From: a virus | Length of the DNA stretch: 24,272 nt | Reading direction: 5' to 3' (one strand) | UHGV virus genome: UHGV-0102815 | Part shown: piece after piece, positions 1 through 8,433 of the stretch | Position numbering within the stretch: position 1 is the stretch's first letter | Layout of the letters: every line of letters begins with the position of its first letter | The notes under the pieces: model-generated | Told to the model about the DNA's origin: nothing | Database searches by the model: none | The model's input: only the letters and a program-made list of their open reading frames with translations | Program-made: the position numbers and the translations under genes

Positions 1-504
1 GACTGACAGGTGCCTTACCTGCTGCAAGGTCATATGCCGCCTTCACTGCCTTTGGTGTGGCAGCCTGCGTTTCTGACGTGCTGTTAGTGGCGCTGCTGAG
101 TTGCACGGTGCCTTTTACCGTCAGTGAAGCTGCAGGCACATCCGTTATCTGGCTCCACGGATGCGTGTGACTGACAGGTGCCTTACCTGCTGCAAGGTCA
201 TATGCCGCCTTCACTGCCTTTGGAGTGGCGGCCTGCGTTTCTGATGTGCTGTTAGTGGCGCTGCTGAGTTGCACAGTGCCTTTTACCGTCAGCGAGGCTG
301 CAGGTACACCTGTTATCTGATTCCACGGGTGTGTGTGACTGGCGGATGCTTTACCTGCTGCAAGATCATATGCAGCCTTCACAGCCTTCGGTGTTGCGGC
401 CAGTATTTCGGATTCACTGTTGGTCGCACTGCTTAACTGAGTAAAACCTTTTGCGGTCAGCGAGGCGTCCGGGTGACGTCGTGACTGTTCGTGCTCTGAT
501 ATTT
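1..504. repeat. 168-bp tandem direct repeats (two near-identical copies plus a diverged third) inside gpH, each encoding a 56-aa tail-fibre repeat module
   Basis: Unit beginning gactgacaggtgcc recurs at 1 and 169, with a diverged copy from 337; period 168 is a multiple of 3 and in frame on the minus strand. Confidence 0.9.
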
Positions 505-967
505 TGTCATCCACATACTTGCGAGTTGCCAGTACTACAGCAGGGTCGATTTTCAGGGTGATATTGTCCGTACTGCTGGTAATCAGCACCATGCGCACGG
601 TCTGGGTGCGCCCGCTGCCTTCAGCCAGTTGCGGTTTATAGCTTTCCGGGCAGTTCCCCACGGCAATCAATGCCCCTGACTCATCAAACAGGCCCACTTC
701 ACGTATCCACCAACCGCCCTCGTTTTCAGGGATCACCTGTTCAGCAATAATCTGGCTGCTGTTCTGCGGGTCGATATAGAGCATATTCAGCGCAGCCCGG
801 CGTTTCTCATTTACCAGTGCAGTCTGCTTTGCGTCCGGCGTCGGCAATGCTCCGCCGCCATCGCCCACCGCCATATGGGTAATTTTTAGCGGCACACCAA
901 GCGCGGCGGCGCTGGCAAGTTTCGCCGCGCCAATATCCGTCAGCAGGGTATAAAATTTTGTGCTCAT
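1..967 (-). CDS. H: Tail fibre protein gpH, N-terminal part (3' end lies beyond the window start)
   Basis: ATG at 967..965; translation MSTKFYTLLTDIGAAKLASAA...MAVGDGGG resembles the P2 gpH N-terminus; open frame runs to position 1; contains repeated tail-fibre motif QLSSATNSxSExxAATPKAVKAAYDLA and SHTHPW. Confidence 0.85.
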   Translation of the reverse strand, partial: MSTKFYTLLTDIGAAKLASAAALGVPLKITHMAVGDGGGALPTPDAKQTALVNEKRRAALNMLYIDPQNSSQIIAEQVIPENEGGWWIREVGLFDESGALIAVGNCPESYKPQLAEGSGRTQTVRMVLITSSTDNITLKIDPAVVLATRKYVDDKISEHEQSRRHPDASLTAKGFTQLSSATNSESEILAATPKAVKAAYDLAAGKASASHTHPWNQITGVPAASLTVKGTVQLSSATNSTSETQAATPKAVKAAYDLAAGKAPVSHTHPWSQITDVPAASLTVKGTVQLSSATNSTSETQAATPKAVKAAYDLAAGKAPVS

Positions 968-1569
968 GGATTCACTCTCATTGTGTCAATAACATGGACC
1001 GCCCCGCCTTCATGCGCGGTGCCGCCGGAAATAATTGTTTCGTTGATATACGGATAGATCGTGATTTCTTCGCCAAGATAGCTGGCGGCTCCCACCCAAT
1101 GCGGGCCGCTGGTCTGCAGGTTGATGGACATGCCGCTCATGTGACGGCTACATGGTTTGGCATCGCTTATCAGTCGCTCAAGTTCCAGATAGGTATCTTC
1201 AGTGATGCCCTGGTCCTGCACGCCGATATCCAGACGAAACGTGCCCGGTGCCTCTCCGGTCTGCCACCACTCAATAATGCGGATCAGAAAGCCGAACGGC
1301 TCCACCACCCGCCGCACGGCACTGGTGGTCCCTTTATGCTGATGAATATAAAAAGCATCCTTCACCACCTGGCGCTTGACGCTTTCTGTCCAGCCCTCGT
1401 CCCAGCGATCCACAGAGAACGCCCAGGCGAGATAAGGCAGGAAACTGACCGGACAGGTAGCCGGATTCCACAAGTCACGCAGCGGCACCTGCAAATCAGA
1501 AATCCCGCTACAGGTTTGCGCCAGTCGGCGCTCCAGTGAAGTTGAACCCGGTGGCAGCAGACTATTCAT
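964..1569 (-). CDS. I: Baseplate assembly protein gpI
   Basis: Translation ...LWNPATCPVSFLPYLAWAFSVDRWDEGW...GTFRLDIGV... matches the conserved gpI core; position between J and H. Confidence 0.85.
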   Translation of the reverse strand: MNSLLPPGSTSLERRLAQTCSGISDLQVPLRDLWNPATCPVSFLPYLAWAFSVDRWDEGWTESVKRQVVKDAFYIHQHKGTTSAVRRVVEPFGFLIRIIEWWQTGEAPGTFRLDIGVQDQGITEDTYLELERLISDAKPCSRHMSGMSINLQTSGPHWVGAASYLGEEITIYPYINETIISGGTAHEGGAVHVIDTMRVNP

Positions 1570-2470
1570 CCGCTCCTCCGTTGGTTACGCTCCACTGCGT
1601 ACATGATGCCGCCTGTGTTTTGTTCAGGACCACATCCGCCAGCGGAGAAGCCAGTTCCACACGTTGAACACCCTCAACATGCAGAGCAGCAAAGATGGCG
1701 CTACGGCGAATATCCCGACCAAGCCTCGTCTGGCTGGCAATGTACTTCTGCAGACTGGCTTTTGCCGCTGCCATTACCGGCTCTGCTTCCGGTCCCGGAT
1801 AGAGAAAAATGGTGGCTTCCACGCGATACGGAATGATTTCTGCGCTGCGAACCGTAAGACGGTCAGCCACCGGGCGGACGTTCTCACTGTTCAGGGCTTT
1901 CTCCACCACATCCAGCAAGTCTTTTTCTGCTGTTCCGTCGCCTTCACGACTCAGGACAGTCAGTACCACCTCTGCAGGTGCCGGACTGGTTGCACTGGCA
2001 TCCGCCACCCGACCGTCGGCGCTTCGGGCATGAAATTCATAAGCGGCAGTTGGCCCCGCAACAGAAAGCCCTTCAAAGGCTGCGGGCACACGCAGGCGTA
2101 ACGCTTCATCGCTTTCCATCACAGCCGCAACGGGTGGCACAGCGTCATTATCAGCAGGCGTCACCGTCAGGCGTTTCACGTTGTAGTTGGCAGCGAGCTG
2201 GTCAAGATCGCCGCCCATCGCGTAAGCCACCATCACAGCCTGCGCGGCTTCGTTAATGCGCTGGCGCAGAAGCAACTCACGGTAAGCGTTCTCCTGCAGC
2301 AATTTGGTGACGGGTTCAGATTCCAGTTCCAGCGTGCGGATCACGGCTTCCTGCTCATCTTTCGGATGAAGCGCAACAAATTCGGCCTTGCGTTCGGCAA
2401 GCAGCGTCTCAAAGTCCGGCACATCGACAATCTGCGGCGCAGGCAACTGCGAAAGGTCAATCACTGCCAT
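1562..2470 (-). CDS. J: Baseplate assembly protein gpJ
   Basis: Translation from internal Met MAVIDLSQLPAP... resembles P2 gpJ (MPIIDLNQLPAP...); start chosen at ATG 2470 (302 aa) rather than the longer ORF at 2509. Confidence 0.88.
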   Translation of the reverse strand: MAVIDLSQLPAPQIVDVPDFETLLAERKAEFVALHPKDEQEAVIRTLELESEPVTKLLQENAYRELLLRQRINEAAQAVMVAYAMGGDLDQLAANYNVKRLTVTPADNDAVPPVAAVMESDEALRLRVPAAFEGLSVAGPTAAYEFHARSADGRVADASATSPAPAEVVLTVLSREGDGTAEKDLLDVVEKALNSENVRPVADRLTVRSAEIIPYRVEATIFLYPGPEAEPVMAAAKASLQKYIASQTRLGRDIRRSAIFAALHVEGVQRVELASPLADVVLNKTQAASCTQWSVTNGGADE

Positions 2471-2816
2471 TCTCTGCTCCTGTTGATACGGAAAGGGAAA
2501 CAGGCACACCGTTATTACGCCGCCCGGTCAGCCCCACCACCATTGAACCGTCAAAATTGCTTTTAATGGTGATGGAATCCAGCGTCAGCCGTGGCTCCCA
2601 GCGACTCAGCGCCACATACACTGCCGACATGACCTGCAGGCGTAATGCCGGATTTTGTGGCTGGTCTATCAGTGTCGACAGCAGGGAACCATATTCACGA
2701 CGGGCAATGCGGCTACCCTGCGGTGTCAGTAGAATGTCCCGCACCGACTGACGCAGATGGTCAATATCAGTAATGGCTTTACCGCTGGTATTGTTCATCC
2801 CGATATAAAGCGTCAT
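2457..2816 (-). CDS. W: Baseplate wedge protein gpW (gp25-like)
   Basis: 119-aa ORF between V and J, overlapping both neighbours as in P2; size and position match gpW. Confidence 0.8.
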   Translation of the reverse strand: MTLYIGMNNTSGKAITDIDHLRQSVRDILLTPQGSRIARREYGSLLSTLIDQPQNPALRLQVMSAVYVALSRWEPRLTLDSITIKSNFDGSMVVGLTGRRNNGVPVSLSVSTGAENGSD

Positions 2817-3391
2817 ACCGGGCCTCCGGTTGTATCGCCGCCTTTCAGGACGCCAGTATGCTGATGCGCATCAACCACGATCCCGTTAGAACTCATCGCT
2901 CCGCCGCCCTGGGTAACGCCACCATTGATCACCACTTCGCTGTTAATGCGCGTGCGGTCAGCCTCCAGTACAAACTCACTGGTTTTCATGGTGATGTTGT
3001 CAGCGGCCTCAATGACCATTGATTTGATGCCCCTGACATACCAGCGCCCGGTGGCGGGTTCGTATTCAAACCAGCCGCCGTCCGGGTATTCCGTCACGTT
3101 GCCGTCCTCAGAGCCTGAAGGTGGCGGAAACTGGTTTGAGTAGACCGCAGGCAGGGCAAACGCGGTTTCCAGATTGCCGCCAAGGCTGAACAGCACAACC
3201 TGCTCACCCACAGACGGTTTCCACCAGGTGCGCGATTTGCCCGCGCGCAGCGTCAGCCAGTTAATCCAGTTGGTTTCAAGGTCGCCCGTTTTCACCCGAC
3301 AAAGCCAGTGTTCCCGGTCCACTTCGGTGACTACACCAGTGCGGATCAGATTGGTGATAAGGCGCATGATTTCGGTTAATTGTGCGTTCAT
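2813..3391 (-). CDS. V: Baseplate spike/assembly protein gpV
   Basis: Translation ...RTWWKPSVGEQVVLFSLGGNLETAFALPAVYS... and C-terminal HQHTGVLKGGDTTGGPV resemble P2 gpV. Confidence 0.88.
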   Translation of the reverse strand: MNAQLTEIMRLITNLIRTGVVTEVDREHWLCRVKTGDLETNWINWLTLRAGKSRTWWKPSVGEQVVLFSLGGNLETAFALPAVYSNQFPPPSGSEDGNVTEYPDGGWFEYEPATGRWYVRGIKSMVIEAADNITMKTSEFVLEADRTRINSEVVINGGVTQGGGAMSSNGIVVDAHQHTGVLKGGDTTGGPV

Positions 3392-3437
3392 AGGGAAAGG
3401 TTGCCATCAGGGGAAGAAAGGCGGCAGTGCTGCAACT

Positions 3438-3455
3438 TGTATCAGTGCTGATACA
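3438..3455 (-). promoter_or_regulatory. Candidate late-promoter activator site (TGT-N12-ACA dyad) for the V-operon
   Basis: Perfect palindrome tgtatcagtgctgataca in the S-V intergenic gap; matches the P2-family Ogr/B-dependent late promoter dyad. Confidence 0.45.
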
Positions 3456-3459
3456 AAAA

Positions 3460-3906
3460 TCACCCCGCCAACCATTGCAGAATCATGTCGCGGGTCATTG
3501 CCTCAACATCATCATTTACGCCCAGAAGGCGACGCTCTGCGTAACGGACCTCCGGTCCTTTGCGGCTGACGCGATCACGCAGGCCATAATGGTGGACGCG
3601 GGCAATGCGCTGCACCTTACCTTCAAACTGCACGCTGGCAGAGTCCTCGCTGGCGGCGGTTTTCAGGTATTTTGTGGTGCGAAGTTTTGTAAACATCTGC
3701 CGTTTGATACGGCCTTTTTTACTGCGTGCTGTTACTCGCCTCGGTTCATAGCTGCTGCCATCAGGATTGCGTTGCATCCTGATGTTCTGCTGCTGTGTCC
3801 GGCGCAGTTCCTGCGCCAGCTGGCGCATCATGCGGCTTCTGGCGGCTGGTTCCAGATTCGCCAGCAAGGCACTCAGCCAGTCGTCCACTTTCTGCAGTTC
3901 AGCCAC
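3460..3906 (-). CDS. S: Tail completion protein gpS
   Basis: 148-aa ORF in the gpS position between R and V; size matches P2 gpS. Confidence 0.8.
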   Translation of the reverse strand: MAELQKVDDWLSALLANLEPAARSRMMRQLAQELRRTQQQNIRMQRNPDGSSYEPRRVTARSKKGRIKRQMFTKLRTTKYLKTAASEDSASVQFEGKVQRIARVHHYGLRDRVSRKGPEVRYAERRLLGVNDDVEAMTRDMILQWLAG

Positions 3907-4351
3907 GTTTCACCGTCCACATTTCTTCAGGTTCATCAGGTTCCGCTATAGCTTCAACACTCGACACACTACCGTCAGTGCTGACCAGCACACGCTCCGT
4001 CAGTTGCAGGTTCAGGCTGATATCACAGACATCGTTGCGCAGAATATCCACCTCAAAGGTGAATAGTTTTTCCCGTAACGCCGGGTTATTGATGGCATCG
4101 GGCTGGTTATCCCTCAGCCACAGCAAAACCGGGGCCATCAGCAGATTCTGGTCGCCGCTGAAATCCTCAATCACCGCGTTCAGGGTGTAACGGTACTCCC
4201 ACGACATGGAGCTGGCCCCCGTGGCAACCAGCGAACCGTTATCCACAAACAGATGCAGTTTGTCCGGGTTATTGCGGACATAAGGCACCGCTTTATTGAG
4301 GGCGTGGCGCAGGGATTGTGGTTTGTTCACTGTTTCGCTCCTGACACGCAA
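3899..4351 (-). CDS. R: Tail completion protein gpR
   Basis: Translation ...LHLFVDNGSLVATG...YRYTLNAVIEDFSGD...LLWLRDNQPD... resembles P2 gpR; true start may be a few codons downstream. Confidence 0.82.
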   Translation of the reverse strand: MRVRSETVNKPQSLRHALNKAVPYVRNNPDKLHLFVDNGSLVATGASSMSWEYRYTLNAVIEDFSGDQNLLMAPVLLWLRDNQPDAINNPALREKLFTFEVDILRNDVCDISLNLQLTERVLVSTDGSVSSVEAIAEPDEPEEMWTVKRG

Positions 4352-4583
4352 TAATCATGTCCACTTTGTCTGCACAGACCGCCCAGGCGGCCTCCGTTTC
4401 ATCCAGCAACGCGTTCAGATCACCGTTAGTGCGCGGCGCTGCCTGATCCAGCCAACACGGCGTCACTCGCGGACAACCACTGACGGTAAGCTGCACCTCC
4501 GGTGAGCGTCGGACGTTCCCGCAGCCGGATAATGTCAGCAGGCAAAGGAGTATCAGCCCAGCGGCGTAAATCCTCGTTCTCAC
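4293..4583 (-). CDS. lysC: Outer-membrane spanin LysC (Rz1-like lipoprotein), overlapping lysB and R in another frame
   Basis: Translation begins MRTRIYAAGLILLCLLTLSGCGN: signal peptide with lipobox LSGC; overlapped arrangement as in P2. Confidence 0.7.
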   Translation of the reverse strand: MRTRIYAAGLILLCLLTLSGCGNVRRSPEVQLTVSGCPRVTPCWLDQAAPRTNGDLNALLDETEAAWAVCADKVDMIIACQERNSEQTTIPAPRPQ

Positions 4584-4854
4584 GTTTCAGTTCCTCGATC
4601 CGGTGTTGTCGTTGTCTCAGCAGCGCGCTGGTCTGTTCTGCTTCGGCATAGAGCCGCGCCTGCTCCCGGTTATTGGTTTCAGTCAGAATGGACAGGCTGA
4701 TAAGCTGGCTGTTGCTCTTTGCCAGTGCCTGGCTTTTGCTCTGCAGCTCGTCTGCCTGCGTGCTAATGGTCTGGCTGGCATCAGCCAGCCGCCACGTCTG
4801 CCAGCCCAGCGCCGCCAGTAATAACGCCAGCACAACCAGCAGCAACCGGTTCAT
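4426..4854 (-). CDS. lysB: Inner-membrane spanin LysB (Rz-like)
   Basis: N-terminal transmembrane segment LLLVVLALLLAALGW followed by a coiled-coil-like charged region; position after lysA. Confidence 0.8.
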   Translation of the reverse strand: MNRLLLVVLALLLAALGWQTWRLADASQTISTQADELQSKSQALAKSNSQLISLSILTETNNREQARLYAEAEQTSALLRQRQHRIEELKRENEDLRRWADTPLPADIIRLRERPTLTGGAAYRQWLSASDAVLAGSGSAAH

Positions 4855-5228
4855 GCTGCTACCTGTTGCGCCATCTGATTACGGGTGATCCAGAAGGCAA
4901 TAACGGTCAGTAGATAAAAGACCAGGGTAATAGCCCACCCCGTCCAGGCGAGACTTACAACAATCAGCAATCGCATCACCCAACTGATAAATACGTTTTC
5001 TTTTCGGGTAATTGTCTTCAGTAAAGATGCCCTTAACTCCTGCCAGAGCGGGCCATTCTTAATTAACGCAGCCAGTGCTACCGGAATTACCGCCCATGTC
5101 AGCAAACAGGCTACCCAAACGCCGGACGCTGCCAGTACCGGAAAAATCCCCTGCGGATACACCATTGCTGCGATTAACAGCGCCATCCATAACATCAGAA
5201 ACAGTCCGCTGATTAATTTCTTTTTCAT
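4851..5228 (-). CDS. lysA: LysA-like membrane protein (lysis timing)
   Basis: Start at ATG 5228 (MKKKLISGLFLMLW...) preceded by GGGAG; several hydrophobic helices; the longer ORF to 5300 overlaps the endolysin and lacks an RBS. Confidence 0.75.
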   Translation of the reverse strand: MKKKLISGLFLMLWMALLIAAMVYPQGIFPVLAASGVWVACLLTWAVIPVALAALIKNGPLWQELRASLLKTITRKENVFISWVMRLLIVVSLAWTGWAITLVFYLLTVIAFWITRNQMAQQVAA

Positions 5229-5229
5229 T

Positions 5230-5742
5230 TCAGTTTGCTCCCTGTAAACACCAGGCCATCTCCCGCGCACGGCGGTTATCCAGCCCCTGATTAAACACAC
5301 CTTTTACATAAACCCAGCGCTGCAACTGTCGGCACGCATCCGCCCAGCGCCGCTGATTGAGCAATTTCACCAGCGTGGAACTGCAGGCATTGCCCGTCCC
5401 CACGTTGAAGGCAAACGACACCGCAGCGTCATACACCTTCTGCGGTGGCTGTTGCTTCACACACCTTTCCAGTGCCCGCTCCACACGCAGCACGTTGGAG
5501 ATCAGCCCTTCTGCTGCCTGTCGTTCCGTGATTGTTTTGCCGGGAATAACGCCCGATGTATTACCAATGCCGTCGGTCCAGACACCCGCGCTGCACTGAT
5601 ACGGCTGCAGACGACAGCCTTCGTAATCAGCAATCAGTTTCAGCCCCTCCACGGAGGTGTGAAGCTGCTGAAAATCCGGCAGCGTGGCAGCAATAGCCAG
5701 CACGGCCCCGACAAGGCAGCGTTTAACGATTGATGGATTCAT
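5230..5742 (-). CDS. SAR endolysin, T4-lysozyme-like (GH24) with N-terminal signal-anchor-release domain
   Basis: Gly/Ala-rich N-terminal segment CLVGAVLAIAATL, then lysozyme catalytic region ...DYEGCRLQPYQCSAGVWTDGIGNT... Confidence 0.88.
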   Translation of the reverse strand: MNPSIVKRCLVGAVLAIAATLPDFQQLHTSVEGLKLIADYEGCRLQPYQCSAGVWTDGIGNTSGVIPGKTITERQAAEGLISNVLRVERALERCVKQQPPQKVYDAAVSFAFNVGTGNACSSTLVKLLNQRRWADACRQLQRWVYVKGVFNQGLDNRRAREMAWCLQGAN

Positions 5743-5938
5743 AGTCCTCCCGCGAGATCTGCCCGTCGCGCAGAAGCTGGTAGGCTTTGTGTTTGTAGTA
5801 CCAGTTGATAGCCAGCATCAGCACACCAATCATCAGGCCGCCCAGCGTTGAGGCATCCTTGATGGACAAATCGCCCAGCCAGGCCAGCACAACGGCGATG
5901 CAGTACGTGATAAAGGCGCTGATTCGCTCAAGCGTCAT
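5723..5938 (-). CDS. Holin
   Basis: 71-aa protein with two hydrophobic helices and a charged C-terminus, immediately upstream of and overlapping the endolysin. Confidence 0.8.
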   Translation of the reverse strand: MTLERISAFITYCIAVVLAWLGDLSIKDASTLGGLMIGVLMLAINWYYKHKAYQLLRDGQISREDYESINR

Positions 5939-5941
5939 AAT

Positions 5942-6145
5942 TCAGTCCCATAGCTGGACGGTCTGCACGGTGGTGGTTGTCGGTATGTCCGGCAGCTCCA
6001 CCTGCAGCCCGTGAGGTAAAAAGGGGCCGTATTCGGCAAGCCCCGGATTTGCCTTCAGTACCTGCTCCGTGACACCCTGCGTGCGCCCGTAATGACGCCA
6101 GCAAAGCGCGTCCACCGTGTCATACTGATACGCACGCACTTTCAT
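5942..6145 (-). CDS. X: Tail protein gpX
   Basis: 67-aa translation ...DTVDALCWRHYGRTQGVTEQVLKANPGLAEYGPFLPHGLQVELPD... closely resembles P2 gpX. Confidence 0.88.
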   Translation of the reverse strand: MKVRAYQYDTVDALCWRHYGRTQGVTEQVLKANPGLAEYGPFLPHGLQVELPDIPTTTTVQTVQLWD

Positions 6146-6672
6146 CAGATAAGCTCCACTGTGCAGTGCGGCGCATCCTGCACCCGGCTGATGGCCCAGC
6201 GGGCGTCACGCCACAAATCACCGCTTGCTTCCGCCAGTTCCTCGCCCCGCTTCACACCGGATGCCGTGGCGTCATAGTCCTGATAACGCTCGTTGAGCAT
6301 GGCGCGTGCCCAGCAGTAAACCGCGTTGAAATAGTGATGAATGCGCTCACTTTTGCTGTCCAGCTGTTCAGCCGGAATCTCTGCCAGCGAGGAATATCCC
6401 AGCATCTGCTGGCGTCTGCGAAACTCATACAGCTCTGCGTTGACCTCCGAAATTGCCGACAGCGCAACCTGCTTTAAACGCGGCTGCGTCACCGTGCCGT
6501 CAGTGCGCATGACACTGCGAAACTCCGACAGGTCCACATCAGGCCAGAACGGCGTATTTCTGATGATTTCCGCCTGTTCCGGTGCCTGTTCTGGCGCAAC
6601 AAACTTCATGCTGCTTTCTCCTGAAATAGAGGGCGGTGGACGGGGTTTTGATGTAGCAGTGCCTTTCGCCAC
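6145..6672 (-). CDS. L: Head completion/stabilisation protein gpL
   Basis: 175-aa ORF in the gpL position between M and X; size matches. Confidence 0.82.
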   Translation of the reverse strand: MAKGTATSKPRPPPSISGESSMKFVAPEQAPEQAEIIRNTPFWPDVDLSEFRSVMRTDGTVTQPRLKQVALSAISEVNAELYEFRRRQQMLGYSSLAEIPAEQLDSKSERIHHYFNAVYCWARAMLNERYQDYDATASGVKRGEELAEASGDLWRDARWAISRVQDAPHCTVELI

Positions 6673-6704
6673 CCCGTGCCGCCCGTGCGCGGGGGCACGT
6701 TCTG

Positions 6705-7355
6705 TCAGCGGCTGTCATTGCGCAGTCTGCGCTCCAGCTGCTGTTTGTCTTTTTTCACGCCACAGCGGGGATCGAGCTGTAACGCATGGTTGAGATGATT
6801 AAGGGCGGACGCCGGATTGCTTTCACTCAGGACAGCGCCAATCGCTTTATGCAGACGCGCCCGTGACTGGTCCGGCATATCCAGACCGTCTGTCAGCTCC
6901 AGCGTCTGCAGCAGCGGATCGGCATCAAAGCCGGTGGCAGCAAGCATTGCGCTCTGCGCCGCGTCTGCCATTTCCTCTGCCAGCACGGTCTGCACGTTGC
7001 GGTTACCCAGCGGCATCACCCAGCCATGACGCAGGGCATGACGCCCGATCTCCAGCGCCCCGGCATAATCTCCGGCATCAATGCGCCACAGCATCACGTA
7101 CATCAGCACGTCATCCTGTTGAGCGCCTCCGGCAGCCAGGACACCCTCTGCCCAGGTGGCGTACTTCGGCAGCAGCTCCACCTTGATTTCCGCTTTTTTG
7201 ACCGTGGACTGAACGCCCTTGAGACGGCGGCGGTCTTCCGCCAGTTGCAGCAGCATCAGGTCATAGCCCGACGCGTGGCGAACACTGCCGCCCTCGCGGG
7301 CGGCCTGTTCAGCCTGAACGCGCAGGCGATGCTGCCGTGCGGGACTCAGGCTCAT
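6705..7355 (-). CDS. M: Terminase small (endonuclease) subunit gpM
   Basis: Translation ...ELLPKYATWAEGVLAAGGAQQDDVLMYVMLWRIDAGDYAGALEIGRHALRHG... resembles P2 gpM. Confidence 0.88.
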   Translation of the reverse strand: MSLSPARQHRLRVQAEQAAREGGSVRHASGYDLMLLQLAEDRRRLKGVQSTVKKAEIKVELLPKYATWAEGVLAAGGAQQDDVLMYVMLWRIDAGDYAGALEIGRHALRHGWVMPLGNRNVQTVLAEEMADAAQSAMLAATGFDADPLLQTLELTDGLDMPDQSRARLHKAIGAVLSESNPASALNHLNHALQLDPRCGVKKDKQQLERRLRNDSR

Positions 7356-7358
7356 GGA

Positions 7359-8417
7359 TTACGCTCCGGCTTCTGCTGCAGCGGCGCTGAAATCGCCAAT
7401 CTGGATGTTTTCCACCAGTGCGGCGCAGCGGTAGTCCTCAACCACATAGGCTTCATTAACGGATTCAAAGTTTTCAATCCGGTCACGTTTCGGGTTGTCG
7501 ATAACTGAGCGGCGGCGGGTGTCTTCCTGCCAGTAGATGGACAGGTTATCCAGACGGGTGATCAGCAGTGCATTCGGCGGGAAGAACGGCGCACGCACGG
7601 CCTGCAGGCCACCCATGCGTTTCTGACTGATGATCATATCGGCAGCCAGTTTTTCACTGTTTTCCTGCTCTTTGTTGACCAGCGGGAAATACTTGTCAGA
7701 CAGCAGTTCACGACCGCAAATCACCACCAGATCGTCATCGTCCTGGTAGACCACGTCGATAAGCTCATTGACGGCATCCATCACCACGGCGTCCAGGTTG
7801 GCATATTCGCCACCTTTCCCGACTTTCACCGCACCCGGTGTGGTTTCACCGCCCGTGGTGGTGCTGCCCATGACGTGATCCGGTGCATCTTCACGGATTT
7901 TCTGCAGCCAGCCTTTGTTCACATCCTGCAACAGCGGGTTTTCGCTACGGTTGGAGGTTTTCGCACGCTTCACGCCGTTAAAGCCGATCATGATGCGGTC
8001 CAGTGCCTGACGTTTCACGATGGCGTCACGGATACGCACCTGGAAATCCTGAAACTTCGCCCACAGGTCCAGCTTCGCGTAGGTCAGTACCGTGTCAAAG
8101 TTGGTCTGCTCGCATTTGTATTCCACATCGACCATCAGCGTCGGATCGACAGGTTCACGCTCTTTCGCGGTGGTGTCAGTGGTTCCGGCAATGGTGCTGC
8201 CAACTCCCAACCCCAGCAGCTGACCGGACTGCTCAGTCACTGGCGTGACGTTAATCAGCGTCAGGAAAGCGGCGGACTGCTGGATCTGGTCTTCCAGCGT
8301 CTGCTGTACAGACGGCTCTACAGTGAACTTGCTGGACAGTTCTTCAACTGCCACACCGTTCAGACGCGCCAGCTGCTGCAGGTAAGCGTTAAAAGCAAAG
8401 CGGGTATTCTTCTTCAT
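7359..8417 (-). CDS. N: Major capsid protein gpN
   Basis: Translation MKKNTRFAFNAYL...KFTVEPSVQQTL... and ...AVRAPFFPPNALLITRLDNLSIYWQ... resemble P2 gpN over the full length. Confidence 0.95.
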   Translation of the reverse strand: MKKNTRFAFNAYLQQLARLNGVAVEELSSKFTVEPSVQQTLEDQIQQSAAFLTLINVTPVTEQSGQLLGLGVGSTIAGTTDTTAKEREPVDPTLMVDVEYKCEQTNFDTVLTYAKLDLWAKFQDFQVRIRDAIVKRQALDRIMIGFNGVKRAKTSNRSENPLLQDVNKGWLQKIREDAPDHVMGSTTTGGETTPGAVKVGKGGEYANLDAVVMDAVNELIDVVYQDDDDLVVICGRELLSDKYFPLVNKEQENSEKLAADMIISQKRMGGLQAVRAPFFPPNALLITRLDNLSIYWQEDTRRRSVIDNPKRDRIENFESVNEAYVVEDYRCAALVENIQIGDFSAAAAEAGA

Positions 8418-8433
8418 CGGGTTTTGTGCTCCA

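Noticed and set aside
1-504. Tandem repeats as a possible CRISPR array
   Set aside because: Units are 168 bp, contiguous with no spacers, and in frame within the tail-fibre gene; they are protein-coding repeats.
958-1539. 193-aa plus-strand ORF
   Set aside because: Lies entirely antisense to the well-supported gpI gene; no RBS and a low-complexity translation.
1603-2256. Several plus-strand ORFs (77 to 145 aa)
   Set aside because: All are antisense to gpJ; Arg/Pro/Ser-rich translations typical of spurious frames in GC-rich coding DNA.
6673-6704. GC-rich imperfect hairpin between M and L
   Set aside because: Imperfect stem with no T-run; it lies inside the late operon, where termination is not expected.
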